A stretch of DNA of 63,804 bases, the filler included, from Octopus bimaculoides (lineage: Eukaryota), in the NCBI RefSeq assembly GCF_001194135.2. It is 6 parts of 6 records of this genome, joined end to end, with 100 filler letters (N's around TTAATTAATTAA, not from the genome) between each part and the next. Parts side by side here need not be neighbours in the genome. Positions count along the whole stretch, not along the records: positions 36,029 to 52,110 come from NC_068999.1; positions 52,211 to 60,060 come from NC_068981.1; 4 more parts are not named here. One strand, given 5' to 3'. A program made the translations under genes and the position numbers. Below are positions 35,929 through 53,416 of the stretch, piece after piece. Within the stretch, counting starts at the first letter, position 1. Every line of letters begins with the position of its first letter. Below the pieces are notes generated by a model, which was given only the letters and a program-made list of their open reading frames with translations, did no database searches and was not told the DNA's origin.

Positions 35929-37461
35929 NNNNNNNNNNNNNNNNNNNNNNNNNNNNNNNNNNNNNNNNNNNNTTAATTAATTAANNNNNNNNNNNNNNNN
36001 NNNNNNNNNNNNNNNNNNNNNNNNNNNNTATATATATATATATATATATTGCTTGCTTCACGACTGTTAGGAACGTGTATTCACTTTTATCACTTGTAGT
36101 ATAGTATACAGACCTAGTTCTCCCAGAAGTAAAATCCTTTTGCACTCCATTCATCTAAAATCTCGTCCATGACAATGCCGGCGTGGTGTTTACAGACAAG
36201 CAGGTTTTTACACAGACTGATATAATAAGAGACAAGTTAAGCATAATGGTCATTACATGTTATTCCTTTATTGTGGCAAATTTGGGAATTATATTGCGAT
36301 TATTTAATTTTACTAATGAGAGGATAGTACTGTAGAAGGTTTCGAGTGTGAAGTGATATCAGATTGTGACATTATCTTACAATTTTGTCACAGATTGCTT
36401 TTAGCCTCTTCTTGATCACTATTTAAATTCCGGAAAAACTCAATGAAAACCTTTTCATCGTGTGAACTAAACTTTTCCTAAAAATATTATCTCTCTACAC
36501 GACAATATACAACAATAGTCAACGGAAGTGAGTTACAACTTGCAGTCGACTATGGAAAATTTTAGTAAATATATGCTACTCAAAACACAAATCCGGTTCA
36601 TAGCAATACATACTAATGCCAAATTCTAAGGATTTTGAACCGATCCTCATTTTTCTAACACCCATCATTAACGAAATTGTAATCTTGTTGTTGAGGAAGT
36701 GGAATGAGAACGAAGGTCAAGTGCAGTAAGTTTCAGTTAGTTACTTGTCCGGTATTATTTCGGCGCCTCAAATTGAGCCGCAAAGCTATTTACTTGGTTT
36801 CGCCGACTCAACCAGAAATTGCATTTATTTTAGTTTGTTTGGCATCCTGGAGTTGTTTTTACCAGTAGTTTTTATCCCGCTGTGATTTATAGAAATGGCT
36901 CTGTCTTTTTCTTTCCTCGATAGAACAATATTATTCTTCCTCAGTTGTTTTCACATTTTGTCGTTCGTTTCTCCGTCAATATCCTGTTGTTTTTAGGAGC
37001 AAATGTGAATTTAAGAAACTGCAACCGGCCAGTTGCCTTGTGTGCGGATATTCAACTTTCATAGTCTTTAAATCTTGATCTTTAAAATATCTGGTCCAAA
37101 TATACTACTTCTTTCATTTTCAAACTAGTTAGATCTGGACTCTCTAACTTATCCAATAAAGTCATTCTAAATATAAACAATCGCGTGATCGTAATCTTGA
37201 AGCTGTATTAAAATACATGATTAAATAAGATTTATATTGCGATTAAATAAGCTATATACTTTACTGTCTGAATGTTAAAGTTTAAACCTGTCTGTACACT
37301 TCTAATGGTCTTTTATTTTCCAGCATATTCCCAACCTTATTTTCCAGCATCTTCCCAACTGAATGGTTTGAAATTTTCTTCGTGGGCTGTGTTCTGTTGC
37401 GTTGTATCTACAATCATTATTGCTCATGTCAGTGGCCTAATGCTCAGACAAATTCTTTCTC

Positions 37462-37668
37462 ATTTTGGTACAAGGCCAGCAATTTTAGGGCAAGGGGCTA
37501 ATCGATTACATTGAGGCCTAGTGTTCACCTGGTATTAATTTAATGACCCCGAAATGAAGGCATGTAACCTCGATCTCAGCAGAACTTGAACTCAGAACGT
37601 CAAGAAGGAAGAGATGCAACTAAGCATTTTGTCCGGCGTTTTAACGATTATGCCTGTTCACAACCTTA
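37462..37668 (-). mobile_element. Degenerate SINE family C
   Basis: TTTGGTACAAGGCCAGC...GACCCCGAAATGAAGGC...GAACTCAGAACGTC...AAGCATTTTGTCCGGCG. Confidence 0.7.
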
Positions 37669-37769
37669 ATCAGCAAGAATAATATTGAAAACAATAAAAC
37701 ATTACTAGTGCTAAAACCGATGGTAATAGCAATAATAATAGTAATAACACCAAAACAAACAACAGCTAC

Positions 37770-37778
37770 AATAATAAC

Positions 37779-37852
<74 letters not shown>

Positions 37853-37874
37853 TGATGATGATAATAATGATTAC

Positions 37875-37945
<71 letters not shown>
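37770..37945. repeat. (AAT)n immediately followed by (ATT)n: self-complementary microsatellite
   Basis: AAT run ~37770-37850, short GAT/AAT linker, ATT run ~37876-37945. Confidence 0.9.
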
Positions 37946-37946
<1 letters not shown>

Positions 37947-39166
37947 AGCGAAAACAAAGTAGTATTGGAACGGGAAAAAATGGAGGATAATTCTTCTGAA
38001 CGCAAAGTAAAAATAAAATAATTGTACGAAGACATTCGTACATAATTGTTAGTTTATTGACAAAATAGCCATTATACATATTGATTATTTTGTTTCATCA
38101 ATAGAATTTGTTCAAGCATTGTAACATATATTTTTCAAAAGGTCAACCAGAGCACTTACATTTCTTCATTAATACTGCCCCATGCACGACAATGTGTCGC
38201 CATTCAAATATGTATGTATGCACGCATACGTATATATATATATATATATATATATATATNNNNNNNNNNNNNNNNNNNNNNNNNNNNNNNNNNNNNNNNN
38301 NNNNNNNNNNNNNNNNNNNNNNNNNNNNNNNNNNNNNNNNNNNNNNNNNNNNNNNNNNNNNNNNNNNNNNNNNNNNNNNNNNNNNNNNNNNNNNNNNNNN
38401 NNNNNNNNNNNNNNNNNNNNNNNNNNNNNNNNNNNNNNNNNNNNNNNNNNNNNNNNNNNNNNNNNNNNNNNNNNNNNNNNNNNNNNNNNNNNNNNNNNNN
38501 NNNNNNNNNNNNNNNNNNNNNNNNNNNNNNNNNNNNNNNNNNNNNNNNNNNNNNNNNNNNNNNNNNNNNNNNNNNNNNNNNNNNNNNNNNNNNNNNNNNN
38601 NNNNNNNNNNNNNNNNNNNNNNNNNNNNNNNNNNNNNNNNNNNNNNNNNNNNNNNNNNNNNNNNNNNNNNNNNNNNNNNNNNNNNNNNNNNNNNNNNNNN
38701 NNNNNNNNNNNNNNNNNNNNNNNNNNNNNNNNNNNNNNNNNNNNNNNNNNNNNNNNNNNNNNNNNNNNNNNNNNNNNNNNNNNNNNNNNNNNNNNNNNNN
38801 NNNNNNNNNNNNNNNNNNNNNNNNNNNNNNNNNNNNNNNNNNNNNNNNNNNNNNNNNNNNNNNNNNNNNNNNNNNNNNNNNNNNNNNNNNNNNNNNNNNN
38901 NNNNNNNNNNNNNNNNNNNNNNNNNNNNNNNNNNNNNNNNNNNNNNNNNNNNNNNNNNNNNNNNNNNNNNNNNNNNNNNNNNNNNNNNNNNNNNNNNNNN
39001 NNNNNNNNNNNNNNNNNNNNNNNNNNNNNNNNNNNNNNNNNNNNNNNNNNNNNNNNNNNNNNNNNNNNNNNNNNNNNNNNNNNNNNNNNNNNNNNNNNNN
39101 NNNNNNNNNNNNNNNNNNNNNNNNNNNNNNNNNNNNNNNNNNNNNNNNNNNNNNNNNNNNNNNNNN

Positions 39167-39235
<69 letters not shown>

Positions 39236-40169
39236 ACGTACATAAAGATGTTCGGAACGAGTTTAACTCACCGATTACAGAATATACGTCTCTCTCACAC
39301 GCTCTCTCTGTCCCCCTTTCCCTTTGTATATATACACTCCACACACGCATATATATATAAACATGTGGATATGTTTGTATGATGTATGTGACTGTCTATG
39401 TGTACTTGCAATGGTATGTATATATACATTTATATCTTTTGTGTGTCTAACTAGAGCGAGGGTGGAGGAATCATGAACGATAAAACAATAGAGATTGCAT
39501 AGTGTTTAAACATTAATTGCTAGATTACAAACACATGCAACAAAACTAAGTCAAATATGCGTGCTTAGTAAACTGTTATGTAAACTGCTAAATATTTCAT
39601 GAACTGATCAATGAAGTTTGACGTTGCGCAATTAAATTAGAACGAATAAAATATAACATAATGCATACATAGTTAAATATTTGTCGTTGTTTATTCACTA
39701 GAGCAGTTCTCAGATCAAACGTTTTTAACCAGCGGCGATCATGTCTATTTATGACCGCATTATATAATGCGTGTTTTCGTCATTTTATATAGTGGGGTGT
39801 TAGGAGTGGAACTGAGCTGATATTTCTTGTATTTTCAATCGACAGGATTTGCCCCCTTTTTTTTGGTTTAGCTTAAAGCATCTGTGGTCGTATCTGCCTC
39901 ACATGCAATGCCGATTGTTCTGTAGAGATGTTGACGCCTAAATGGTGTTAAGGTGTGTATGGTTATCGTACACAACACGGTTGATGATACTTATCGCTTT
40001 TAAACTGACGATCAATGAGCTTTTCGTCCACATGCAATATCAACAGCATAATGCATACAGCAAGAATAAATTTCAAAACAGAATACCAACCCTAAGTATC
40101 TTCATAAATACACAAACACACTCTCAAACGCACATACGAACACACAAGACACACACATACACGCCCACA

Positions 40170-40219
<50 letters not shown>

Positions 40220-40583
40220 NNNNNNNNNNNNNNNNNNNNNNNNNNNNNNNNNNNNNNNNNNNNNNNNNNNNNNNNNNNNNNNNNNNNNNNNNNNNNNNNN
40301 NNNNNNNNNNNNNNNNNNNNNNNNNNNNNNNNNNNNNNNNNNNNNNNNNNNNNNNNNNNNNNNNNNNNNNNNNNNNNNNNNNNNNNNNNNNNNNNNNNNN
40401 NNNNNNNNNNNNNNNNNNNNNNNNNNNNNNNNNNNNNNNNNNNNNNNNNNNNNNNNNNNNNNNNNNNNNNNNNNNNNNNNNNNNNNNNNNNNNNNNNNNN
40501 NNNNNNNNNNNNNNNNNNNNNNNNNNNNNNNNNNNNNNNNNNNNNNNNNNNNNNNNNNNNNNNNNNNNNNNNNNNNNNNNNNN

Positions 40584-40622
<39 letters not shown>

Positions 40623-40654
40623 CATGGACTCTACCATCGTTAGACGAGCTGTGA

Positions 40655-40736
40655 CGGTAACGCAACGCCCGTTCTGGGAATCGAGTCCACGAGCTAGCAA
40701 TTGTGAGTGAAACATCCGTACTACTAAGCCATGCGT
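40655..40736 (-). mobile_element. Degenerate SINE family A tRNA head
   Basis: Minus strand CGCATGGCTTAGTAGTACGG...GGACTCGATTCCCAGAACGGGCGTTG. Confidence 0.6.
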
Positions 40737-40747
40737 GATTGTGCGGT

Positions 40748-40860
40748 GCAGGCGTGGTTGTGCGGTTAAGAAGCTTCTTTACCAACCGCATGTTTCCGGC
40801 TATAGTAGAAAACTGTTGCCCAAGGTTCCACGTAGTGGCAAATTGGACAAGGGTCTTCTC
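40748..40860. mobile_element. Rearranged SINE family B head with an inverted core segment
   Basis: Plus head, then reverse-complement GGCTATAGTAGAAAACTGTTGCCCAAGGTTCCACG, then plus-strand GTGGCAAATTGGACAAGGGTCTTCT. Confidence 0.65.
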
Positions 40861-40907
40861 AGCATTTTATCCAGCATGCCAGTTCACTGCCTTTACAGAA
40901 AAATAAT

Positions 40908-40940
<33 letters not shown>

Positions 40941-40949
40941 TAAACTACA

Positions 40950-41471
40950 TTGTTTTGTCTTGGTATTCTGATCTTACCTGAATGGAAGTATCATCATGTA
41001 CGTTGTTCTGTCTTGGTATAAAAGATGGGCTACATTAAATATTCCGTTCAATGCCACTGGTTTGCCTGTCAGTTGTTGGACCAAAACCAGTTGAGCATGT
41101 CCCTTAGTGGCTGACGATTTGCGCATCACTGATCACGAGCATAGGTATTTGGGGAGCATCATAGCCATGTATTGAGAGGAATTCTTTGGAGTTTAAAGAA
41201 TTCCCCTCTGGAAACATGGGTGTTTCGTTCATCACCCTTAAACAAGCCTTATTCAGGGACATTTTGAGTGAGATGGGTTATTTAACCCGAAGAAAATTCT
41301 AACTGGGTCCTACCTGCAAGGTCATGCTCTTTTTGTCTTGATATAAGGTCACCATGTCGTGGACATGTGGTTGTGATGTATGTGCCTGGGTTGTGATGGG
41401 TATATTGGGTTTCGTATAATTGTACCACTGTGTCACTTTAATGGCATGCACTGCTCTCTCACTCAATAATG

Positions 41472-41552
<81 letters not shown>
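40950..41552 (+). mobile_element. Probable non-LTR retrotransposon 3' region ending in a long (AAT)n tail; family not identified
   Basis: GC-richer block ending GCATGCACTGCTCTCTCACTC directly followed by ~85 bp of (AAT)n. No coding motif recognised. Confidence 0.45.
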
Positions 41553-41553
<1 letters not shown>

Positions 41554-42531
41554 AGGGAACTGTGAAATATAATATTTATTTGGCAGATATTGAACTCAAA
41601 ACATACAGAGAGAAAACTAGATGCAGCAAAGCATTTCTTTCATAACATTGTGGGATTTTTTAAATATCCTATTTTATTTTATTTTATTTTTTTCTATATT
41701 AATAGAAAAGGAGTAAGAGGAAGCGTTGGGTTGCTAACGAAGGAAAGAACAAAGAAACGAAAAGCGTTTGTCATAAAATTTAAAACATGGCAGAAAAAAG
41801 AGAAAGGAAAACATTTCGTGTATGATCACAAAAACATAAAAGAGAACGAGCGCGATCAAGTATTATGGAACAGTGGTTCGGCTACGCAACCGTAAAAAAA
41901 AGATGAGCTGAAAGGAAGTAGAAAGAACTCTCTAAAGTAACAGAAGAATGAAAATTTCAAACGAAAAGCAAAAGGCAAATAAATATGATAGCAGTAACTA
42001 TAATAATAAAGTAGCAGGTATAAATTAACTGTGTCACTATCTCTTTGATTGTGATCCCATTAGAAAATAATCAACGTGGTGCCAGCGTTGCAATCCTCCA
42101 GTGTAAATAACTTGATAAATGACGTGATTAGAAATAAGATCAACAACGATATCGATACAAATACCAAGAACAGCATAGTATGAAGAATAATATCGATAGG
42201 ATGCGGAGAACAACAAACTAAAACATGATGTTTATTTAAGAAAATAGTAATCAATGAAACATAAATAATAAAATTAAAATTAAATTTTCAAATTGAATAC
42301 AACGGGAATGTCATTTAAAGTCTAAACTAATCGGCAACAATAAGAACAAGAATGATAATAACAACAGAAGTGGAATGAATGATATTATACTGTGCATCAA
42401 CTCGTTCTTTTGGTGTTCGTAAGTTATCAAAATGCAGAAGCCTGTCATAGGGATAGTGGCGTAAGATGATACCTTAATGCTTCAAAATAGATACAATCCC
42501 TATCATAGGCGCAGGCATGTCTGTGTGGGGT

Positions 42532-42604
<73 letters not shown>

Positions 42605-42668
42605 TATGTATGTATGTATGTATATATATATTTATATGTGCATATATATATATATAGATAGATATACA

Positions 42669-42770
42669 AAGTCGACCTCGGAGAAATTTGAACTCAGAAC
42701 GTAAAGGCAGACGAAATACCGTTAAACATTTCGCCCGGCGTCCTAGCGATTCTGCCAGCTCACTGCCTTC
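42669..42770 (-). mobile_element. SINE family C 5' half
   Basis: AAGTCGACCTCGGAGAAATTTGAACTCAGAACG...GATTCTGCCAGCTCACTGCCTT. Confidence 0.8.
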
Positions 42771-42846
42771 CTAATTCAATAAAATGTCACCCTGAGGGTA
42801 ACCGTACCAGTATTCACTCAAATAAGTCCTTAATAGCGTGGCTCTA

Positions 42847-43400
42847 ATTTGCATCTTGTCACCCTTAGCAAATGGAGACTAATTTGCGTTTTATGTTTTT
42901 AAAAGCGGGTACATAATTTGAATGCTCCCTCTCTTTTTAGGGAAAATTCTTTTGCATATTTTCTGTCTTATTTGTGAGTACATCATTTTTATATACTGTA
43001 ACAAATGAATCATTTTTTTTTTATATTTACACTTTAATTAATTTAATTCTTTTCTTTCTCCTTTTATTGTAGATGACGAATAAGTATATTTTCCTCCATA
43101 TTAGCGGTCACTGCATTCATATACTCGCAGTTTCCTCAGTGGTCCAGAATTTGCATACTTAGTCTCTGGAGGGTACCTAATTAGCATAATTACCTGGTTA
43201 TAAATGGAGCTGTAATCTGCATATATCCGCTCTAATAAACCTCGGATTTAATATGCATATTTAACCTGTCTCTGGCGGCGGCTGAATTTGCATACAATAT
43301 TCTTTCGTAACCTTGAGAGAATGAGCGAGGTTATTCATTTATACCCTTCTGTTCGGAGTAGCTGGAAGATCATTTGCATATTTTGATGCTTTATTTGCAG
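42847..43400. promoter_or_regulatory. Candidate POU/Oct homotypic binding-site cluster (enhancer-like)
   Basis: Perfect ATTTGCAT at 42847, 43149, 43286 and 43372; one-mismatch variants at 42882, 42916, 42950, 43180, 43215, 43251 and 43393; non-repetitive context. Confidence 0.5.
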
Positions 43401-44217
43401 AATTCTGCTTCGACACCTTTCGAGTGGACAACACTTTTACTAAACGAATATTAATTTTCATAGTTCCTTAGTAATTATTTCCACCAAACTTCCATAGGCA
43501 TACTCTGTAATAACGATCTATATTAAAGTGCATTGTAGGGTACACTCAATATAGAATTCAGAAAATTATAGATTCCTTATCAGATTGTGATAGTTGCACC
43601 TGGCTTCATGGAACGGTTTTCGGTGCTTTGTGTCTAAAAGTATGCCTGTTAATTCGAACAATGCGACAATTGTGTTTGTCCTGCAAATAAAGATCGAGCG
43701 GCGTGTGAACTCTGAACGTAAGGACGGACGAAATGCTTCTAAGCATTTTGTCTGGCGTGCTAGCTATTAGTACGTTGTGCGTGATGATTTTTTAAAAGTA
43801 TATTCTAAAATGCCCTGTGTCTCACTTTCTAATGAACTGTACTCTTACGACGTTCTGTGTTTTTGCTTGATTCTAATAAAAGTCAATACATATTTTCACG
43901 AGGTTGGCTTCGCAAACACGTGGTTCCCGATTCGAATTTTAGCATTTTGTACCAGAAACAAGTGCATTTACACGAACGCACACACACACACACATACACA
44001 CACACATCGCTGGATGTCGATGTAGTTTATTCTCTTCCAACACAGAAAATCAACAGCTTGTGCTGACACTTATTACAGTTTGGCCACCACTATTCATCGC
44101 AGTTCCCATCCCATTGTCTTGTCCACCTGAAATGGATACTGAGAAAGACACCGGATAGACATCTATAACATGTTCTGAGCCTTCATTGGCATTCTTAATT
44201 CCTCAGTTATTGTATAG

Positions 44218-48690
<4,473 letters not shown>

Positions 48691-49237
48691 GTCAGGCATT
48701 ATACATTTCATCGATTAGGTACTTTTTTTTTTAAAGTAGAAAACCAGCAGCCTGATATTATTTGGAGAGCTTTTAACGAAATTGAATAATACATTATAAT
48801 ATGACAATATAACTTCTGTTACAATACCTTTCAAAACATGCAGCGAGAATATTCAATGCCATCTATTACTCGCCCATTATCACTGCCTCTCAAACATCTC
48901 CAATCCACTTTATAACCCCATTATATTCTCACATTATTGATTTAAGCAGATTTCTTTCCCATTTCTGTTTTTCTTTTTTTCTTTAAGTTTTCGTCTTACC
49001 TGTTTTTGAATCAAAACAACAACAGTAACAACAAAACGATAAAGAATAGAAAATCCAATTACTTATTTTACTATCAATACTAACAAATAGTTGATCGATC
49101 ATCATTATTCTATTATTCTGATGAGGATTCCATTCAGTCCACTGCTTAACAACGTTTACTATTTAACATTATTGTCTATATTACTACACAGAAGTCCTAG
49201 GTTGTGTAGGAATATCTCCTTCTTTAGCGTTCTTTAG

Positions 49238-49319
<82 letters not shown>

Positions 49320-49397
49320 GACATACATAGACAAACACAAACAACACACTCGCAGACACAGACACGCATAAATATATATACATGTATATACATATAT

Positions 49398-49456
<59 letters not shown>

Positions 49457-49968
49457 TGTATGTATATATGCATGTATTTATAAATAAACAACGTGCATGC
49501 AAACTGAGAAACATGTTTATACATACACGCATGTAGGTATACATGTATGTATTTATATAAATTTTGTGCGCCCTGTCAGACAGTATGGGAAATGTTATTG
49601 TTTCTAGGAGAGAATATTTAGGCAGCTAATGCAATTGAGAACCTGCCTGGACCGACGTGTTAATGAAAAACCAAAGAGGCAACTCATATGCACTCAGCAG
49701 TATTTCCAAATTGCCTTACGCAGCTTCATTTCTACAATGAAGCAGGGATGATTGTATAAGCATAAACGAATTTTAGTCTATGGATACACTATGCTGCTTA
49801 ACGAGTTGTACATTAGCAAATGTTGGAATTAGTAGGATGATTACAAATTGTGTACATCCAAGTGGCTGTAGTAATACGTTGTTGAATTATACTTTTCAAT
49901 GAACCTGAAGAATTTGTTTATTATTTCCTTGTCCTCGTAAGTTTGCAAGGCAAGATAACGTCCAAGAT

Positions 49969-50044
49969 ATTCTTTTCTGCTCGAGGCACAAGTCCCGAAA
50001 GTTTGGGGAGGGGGCCAGTCGATTAGATCGACCCCAGTACGCAG
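49969..50044 (-). mobile_element. SINE family C 3' tail fragment
   Basis: TATTCTTTTCTGCTCGAGGCACAAGTCCCGAAAGTTTGGGGAGGGGGCCAGTCGATTAGATCGACCCCAGTACGCA. Confidence 0.8.
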
Positions 50045-52002
50045 GCATACCATCGTGCAGAGCTTGGAACAGGGAGACGAAACGATTAGAACATCCGAAA
50101 CAATCAAGTACCAGTCACACGGCTGGTCTTGCTTCTCTGTCAAAAGCATTTTCCATATCATAGAAGACATCGAAAAGTGACCTTTGCGGTTCTCGGCACT
50201 TACCTTGAATCTGTCTGGAACAGATCAGGTTTATGGCACCACGGAATTCTCGGAAACCATGCTGGGACTCTGGAAGAATATGACGGACTTGCAATTAACG
50301 AAGGTACATGAAATTAGGCTGCCTTAACGTAAGACAATAACGTACACATTTATCTTACGCAATTTACTAACACTTAAATAACAACATGCTATAACTTTAA
50401 GGAAGTTGAATTGTGAATGCCACAAATGTCTTTCTCAAGATCTTTCTCTTGATAACTGAAATGAATAACCCTAAGTACCGAATGTAATACTTGTTACTGA
50501 TTGTGATCGTTAATAACCTCTGTCTCGGCACGTATGACTTATGTTCTTTTCGCACACTATATATCCACTCACTAGCTATCGAAATATCAACGGTACCCAA
50601 CCCTTCTTTGCTAGATATTCGTTTGCTTCCTGAAATTATTCTCCAGGTCACCTATTTTTATTCAGACGACAAATTACATGTTCTCAATAAGCATGCGCAG
50701 TATCACTCTCAACAGTTGCAATCAATACTAATTCCTGGTCGGTAAAACCATACAAAATAAAACTTTTTTTTCTGCAAATATGTAATGAATGAAGAAATCA
50801 AAAATTAATGAATATTGCTAACAACTAAATTAATCTGCCTCTGAAAACTTTTATCAGATGACATAACATGAATATCGTGTGGACATGACCAGACTCATTG
50901 AGCGGTGCTGTATTGCATTATGCACATTACGCATTCTATTGTAACTAGTGTCGTAATGAAATCATTCGCCACCAGCAGAGTGAATTGTAAAACAATCAAC
51001 AAATTGTCAGATTCGTTTGTATGTGCGATGGAAGTCTTGCATTATTCATTCCTCCTCTCAGCGCTGCTCAATTTGTTTCTGATTTTTATTAGTCTGAAAT
51101 ATTTTGAATAAATTAAGCTTGCGATTGTCCAAGGATAAAGGGACTTGGGTTACTTTTATATGCCTATTTTGACATCAACGTTCTTTAGTTTATGGGTGCA
51201 AAGATATATTTCGTTCTGAAGTTTGATGGTTTAAGGAGCAGCAGTCGAAAAAGAAGGAAGTGAAGAAGAGGGATGGGAAGAAGAGGGATGGGAAGAAGAA
51301 GGAGAAGAAGAAGAAGAAGAAGAAGAAGAAGAAGAAGAAGAAGAAGAAGAAGAAGAAGAAGAAGAAGAAGAAGAAGAAGAAGAAGAAGAAGAAGATTATA
51401 TATATATATATATAATTTAAGTAAAGATAAGATCCATGGATCAAGGTGTAGGAAAATAGTAAGCATACACACACACAGTTTTTTAATGAGATCTAATAAC
51501 ATCTAAGCATGTGTTTTGTTTTCACCAAACACCTCTGAGAATAAGATACACTGATACATGTATTGCCATACTTTCGCACCAAACTGAATAATATAATACT
51601 ATTCGAGTTACCTCCCATGGTTAGTCTCTGTTAATCTGCGAACGCAAGAAGTCCATCCTATTCTTTTGCACCTCTGAATTTTTTTATTTTTTTATCGGTG
51701 AATGAATGAAAAGTATAGTGTATATAATTTTTCTATTTCGATATCGGAAAATAGAATAAAAGATTTAAGAATTTTAAAACTTGAAAGTTACTGTAAATAT
51801 TTACATTAAAAATTAAAATAGAAGAGGACGTAGCGTGATTGTTGTTCTTAAATATACAACCACAATATTTAAGAAAGTTTTGTAAGAGATTTTAAACATT
51901 TGTTGAAATATTGTTACTAATGACCGAAATGATGGGTTAATGTATGTACGTATGCATGTATGAATGCAAATATGTACGTATGCATGTACGTATGTATGCT
52001 TG

Positions 52003-52037
<35 letters not shown>

Positions 52038-52210
52038 TTATCTATCTATCTTATATTTCCCTCTGTCTTTCTCAATATATATATATACAGGGGTTGGACA
52101 AAATAATGGANNNNNNNNNNNNNNNNNNNNNNNNNNNNNNNNNNNNNNNNNNNNTTAATTAATTAANNNNNNNNNNNNNNNNNNNNNNNNNNNNNNNNNN
52201 NNNNNNNNNN

Positions 52211-52255
<45 letters not shown>

Positions 52256-52416
52256 CATTACGTTTACGTATACAAACACACACACGCACACACATATATA
52301 TATACATACATACACACGTTACATTTACATATATATGTATATACATACGTATATATACGTATGTATATATGTATATACATACGTATATATACGTGTGTAT
52401 ATATGTATATAGATAA

Positions 52417-52476
<60 letters not shown>

Positions 52477-53235
52477 NNNNNNNNNNNNNNNNNNNNNNNN
52501 NNNNNNNNNNNNNNNNNNNNNNNNNNNNNNNNNNNNNNNNNNNNNNNNNNNNNNNNNNNNNNNNNNNNNNNNNNNNNNNNNNNNNNNNNNNNNNNNNNNN
52601 NNNNNNNNNNNNNNNNNNNNNNNNNNNNNNNNNNNNNNNNNNNNNNNNNNNNNNNNNNNNNNNNNNNNNNNNNNNNNNNNNNNNNNNNNNNNNNNNNNNN
52701 NNNNNNNNNNNNNNNNNNNNNNNNNNNNNNNNNNNNNNNNNNNNNNNNNNNNNNNNNNNNNNNNNNNNNNNNNNNNNNNNNNNNNNNNNNNNNNNNNNNN
52801 NNNNNNNNNNNNNNNNNNNNNNNNNNNNNNNNNNNNNNNNNNNNNNNNNNNNNNNNNNNNNNNNNNNNNNNNNNNNNNNNNNNNNNNNNNNNNNNNNNNN
52901 NNNNNNNNNNNNNNNNNNNNNNNNNNNNNNNNNNNNNNNNNNNNNNNNNNNNNNNNNNNNNNNNNNNNNNNNNNNNNNNNNNNNNNNNNNNNNNNNNNNN
53001 NNNNNNNNNNNNNNNNNNNNNNNNNNNNNNNNNNNNNNNNNNNNNNNNNNNNNNNNNNNNNNNNNNNNNNNNNNNNNNNNNNNNNNNNNNNNNNNNNNNN
53101 NNNNNNNNNNNNNNNNNNNNNNNNNNNNNNNNNNNNNNNNNNNNNNNNNNNNNNNNNNNNNNNNNNNNNNNNNNNNNNNNNNNNNNNNNNNNNNNNNNNN
53201 NNNNNNNNNNNNNNNNNNNNNNNNNTATATATATA

Positions 53236-53416
53236 TAGTGGTTGAGACATTCGGTTCACCATTGTAAGGTCATCAATTTGATTTCCATTCTCTTCTTGAG
53301 CAAGACACTTCATTTCACGTTACTCCAGTCCACTCAGCTGGCAAAAAAGTGTCGTACCTGTATTTCGAAGGGGTCACATTCTGTGTCACGTGGAAGTTTC
53401 TTTGTAGCTACGTTAA
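53236..53416 (+). mobile_element. SINE family A, truncated at its internal TTAA by the adjacent DNA element
   Basis: CTTGAGCAAGACACTTCATTTCACGTTACTCCAGTCCACTCAGCTGGC...GTCACATTCTGTGTCAC...CTACGTTAA. Confidence 0.75.

Noticed and set aside
38108-39382. Long ORFs such as 424 aa, 522 aa and 392 aa in the ORF track
   Set aside because: They run through N gaps and microsatellites (X, IYIY, CVCV, poly-S/L/E); no coding evidence.
49118-49145. CTGATGA followed by a GGA/TCC stem
   Set aside because: No GAAA or stem III follows; chance match.
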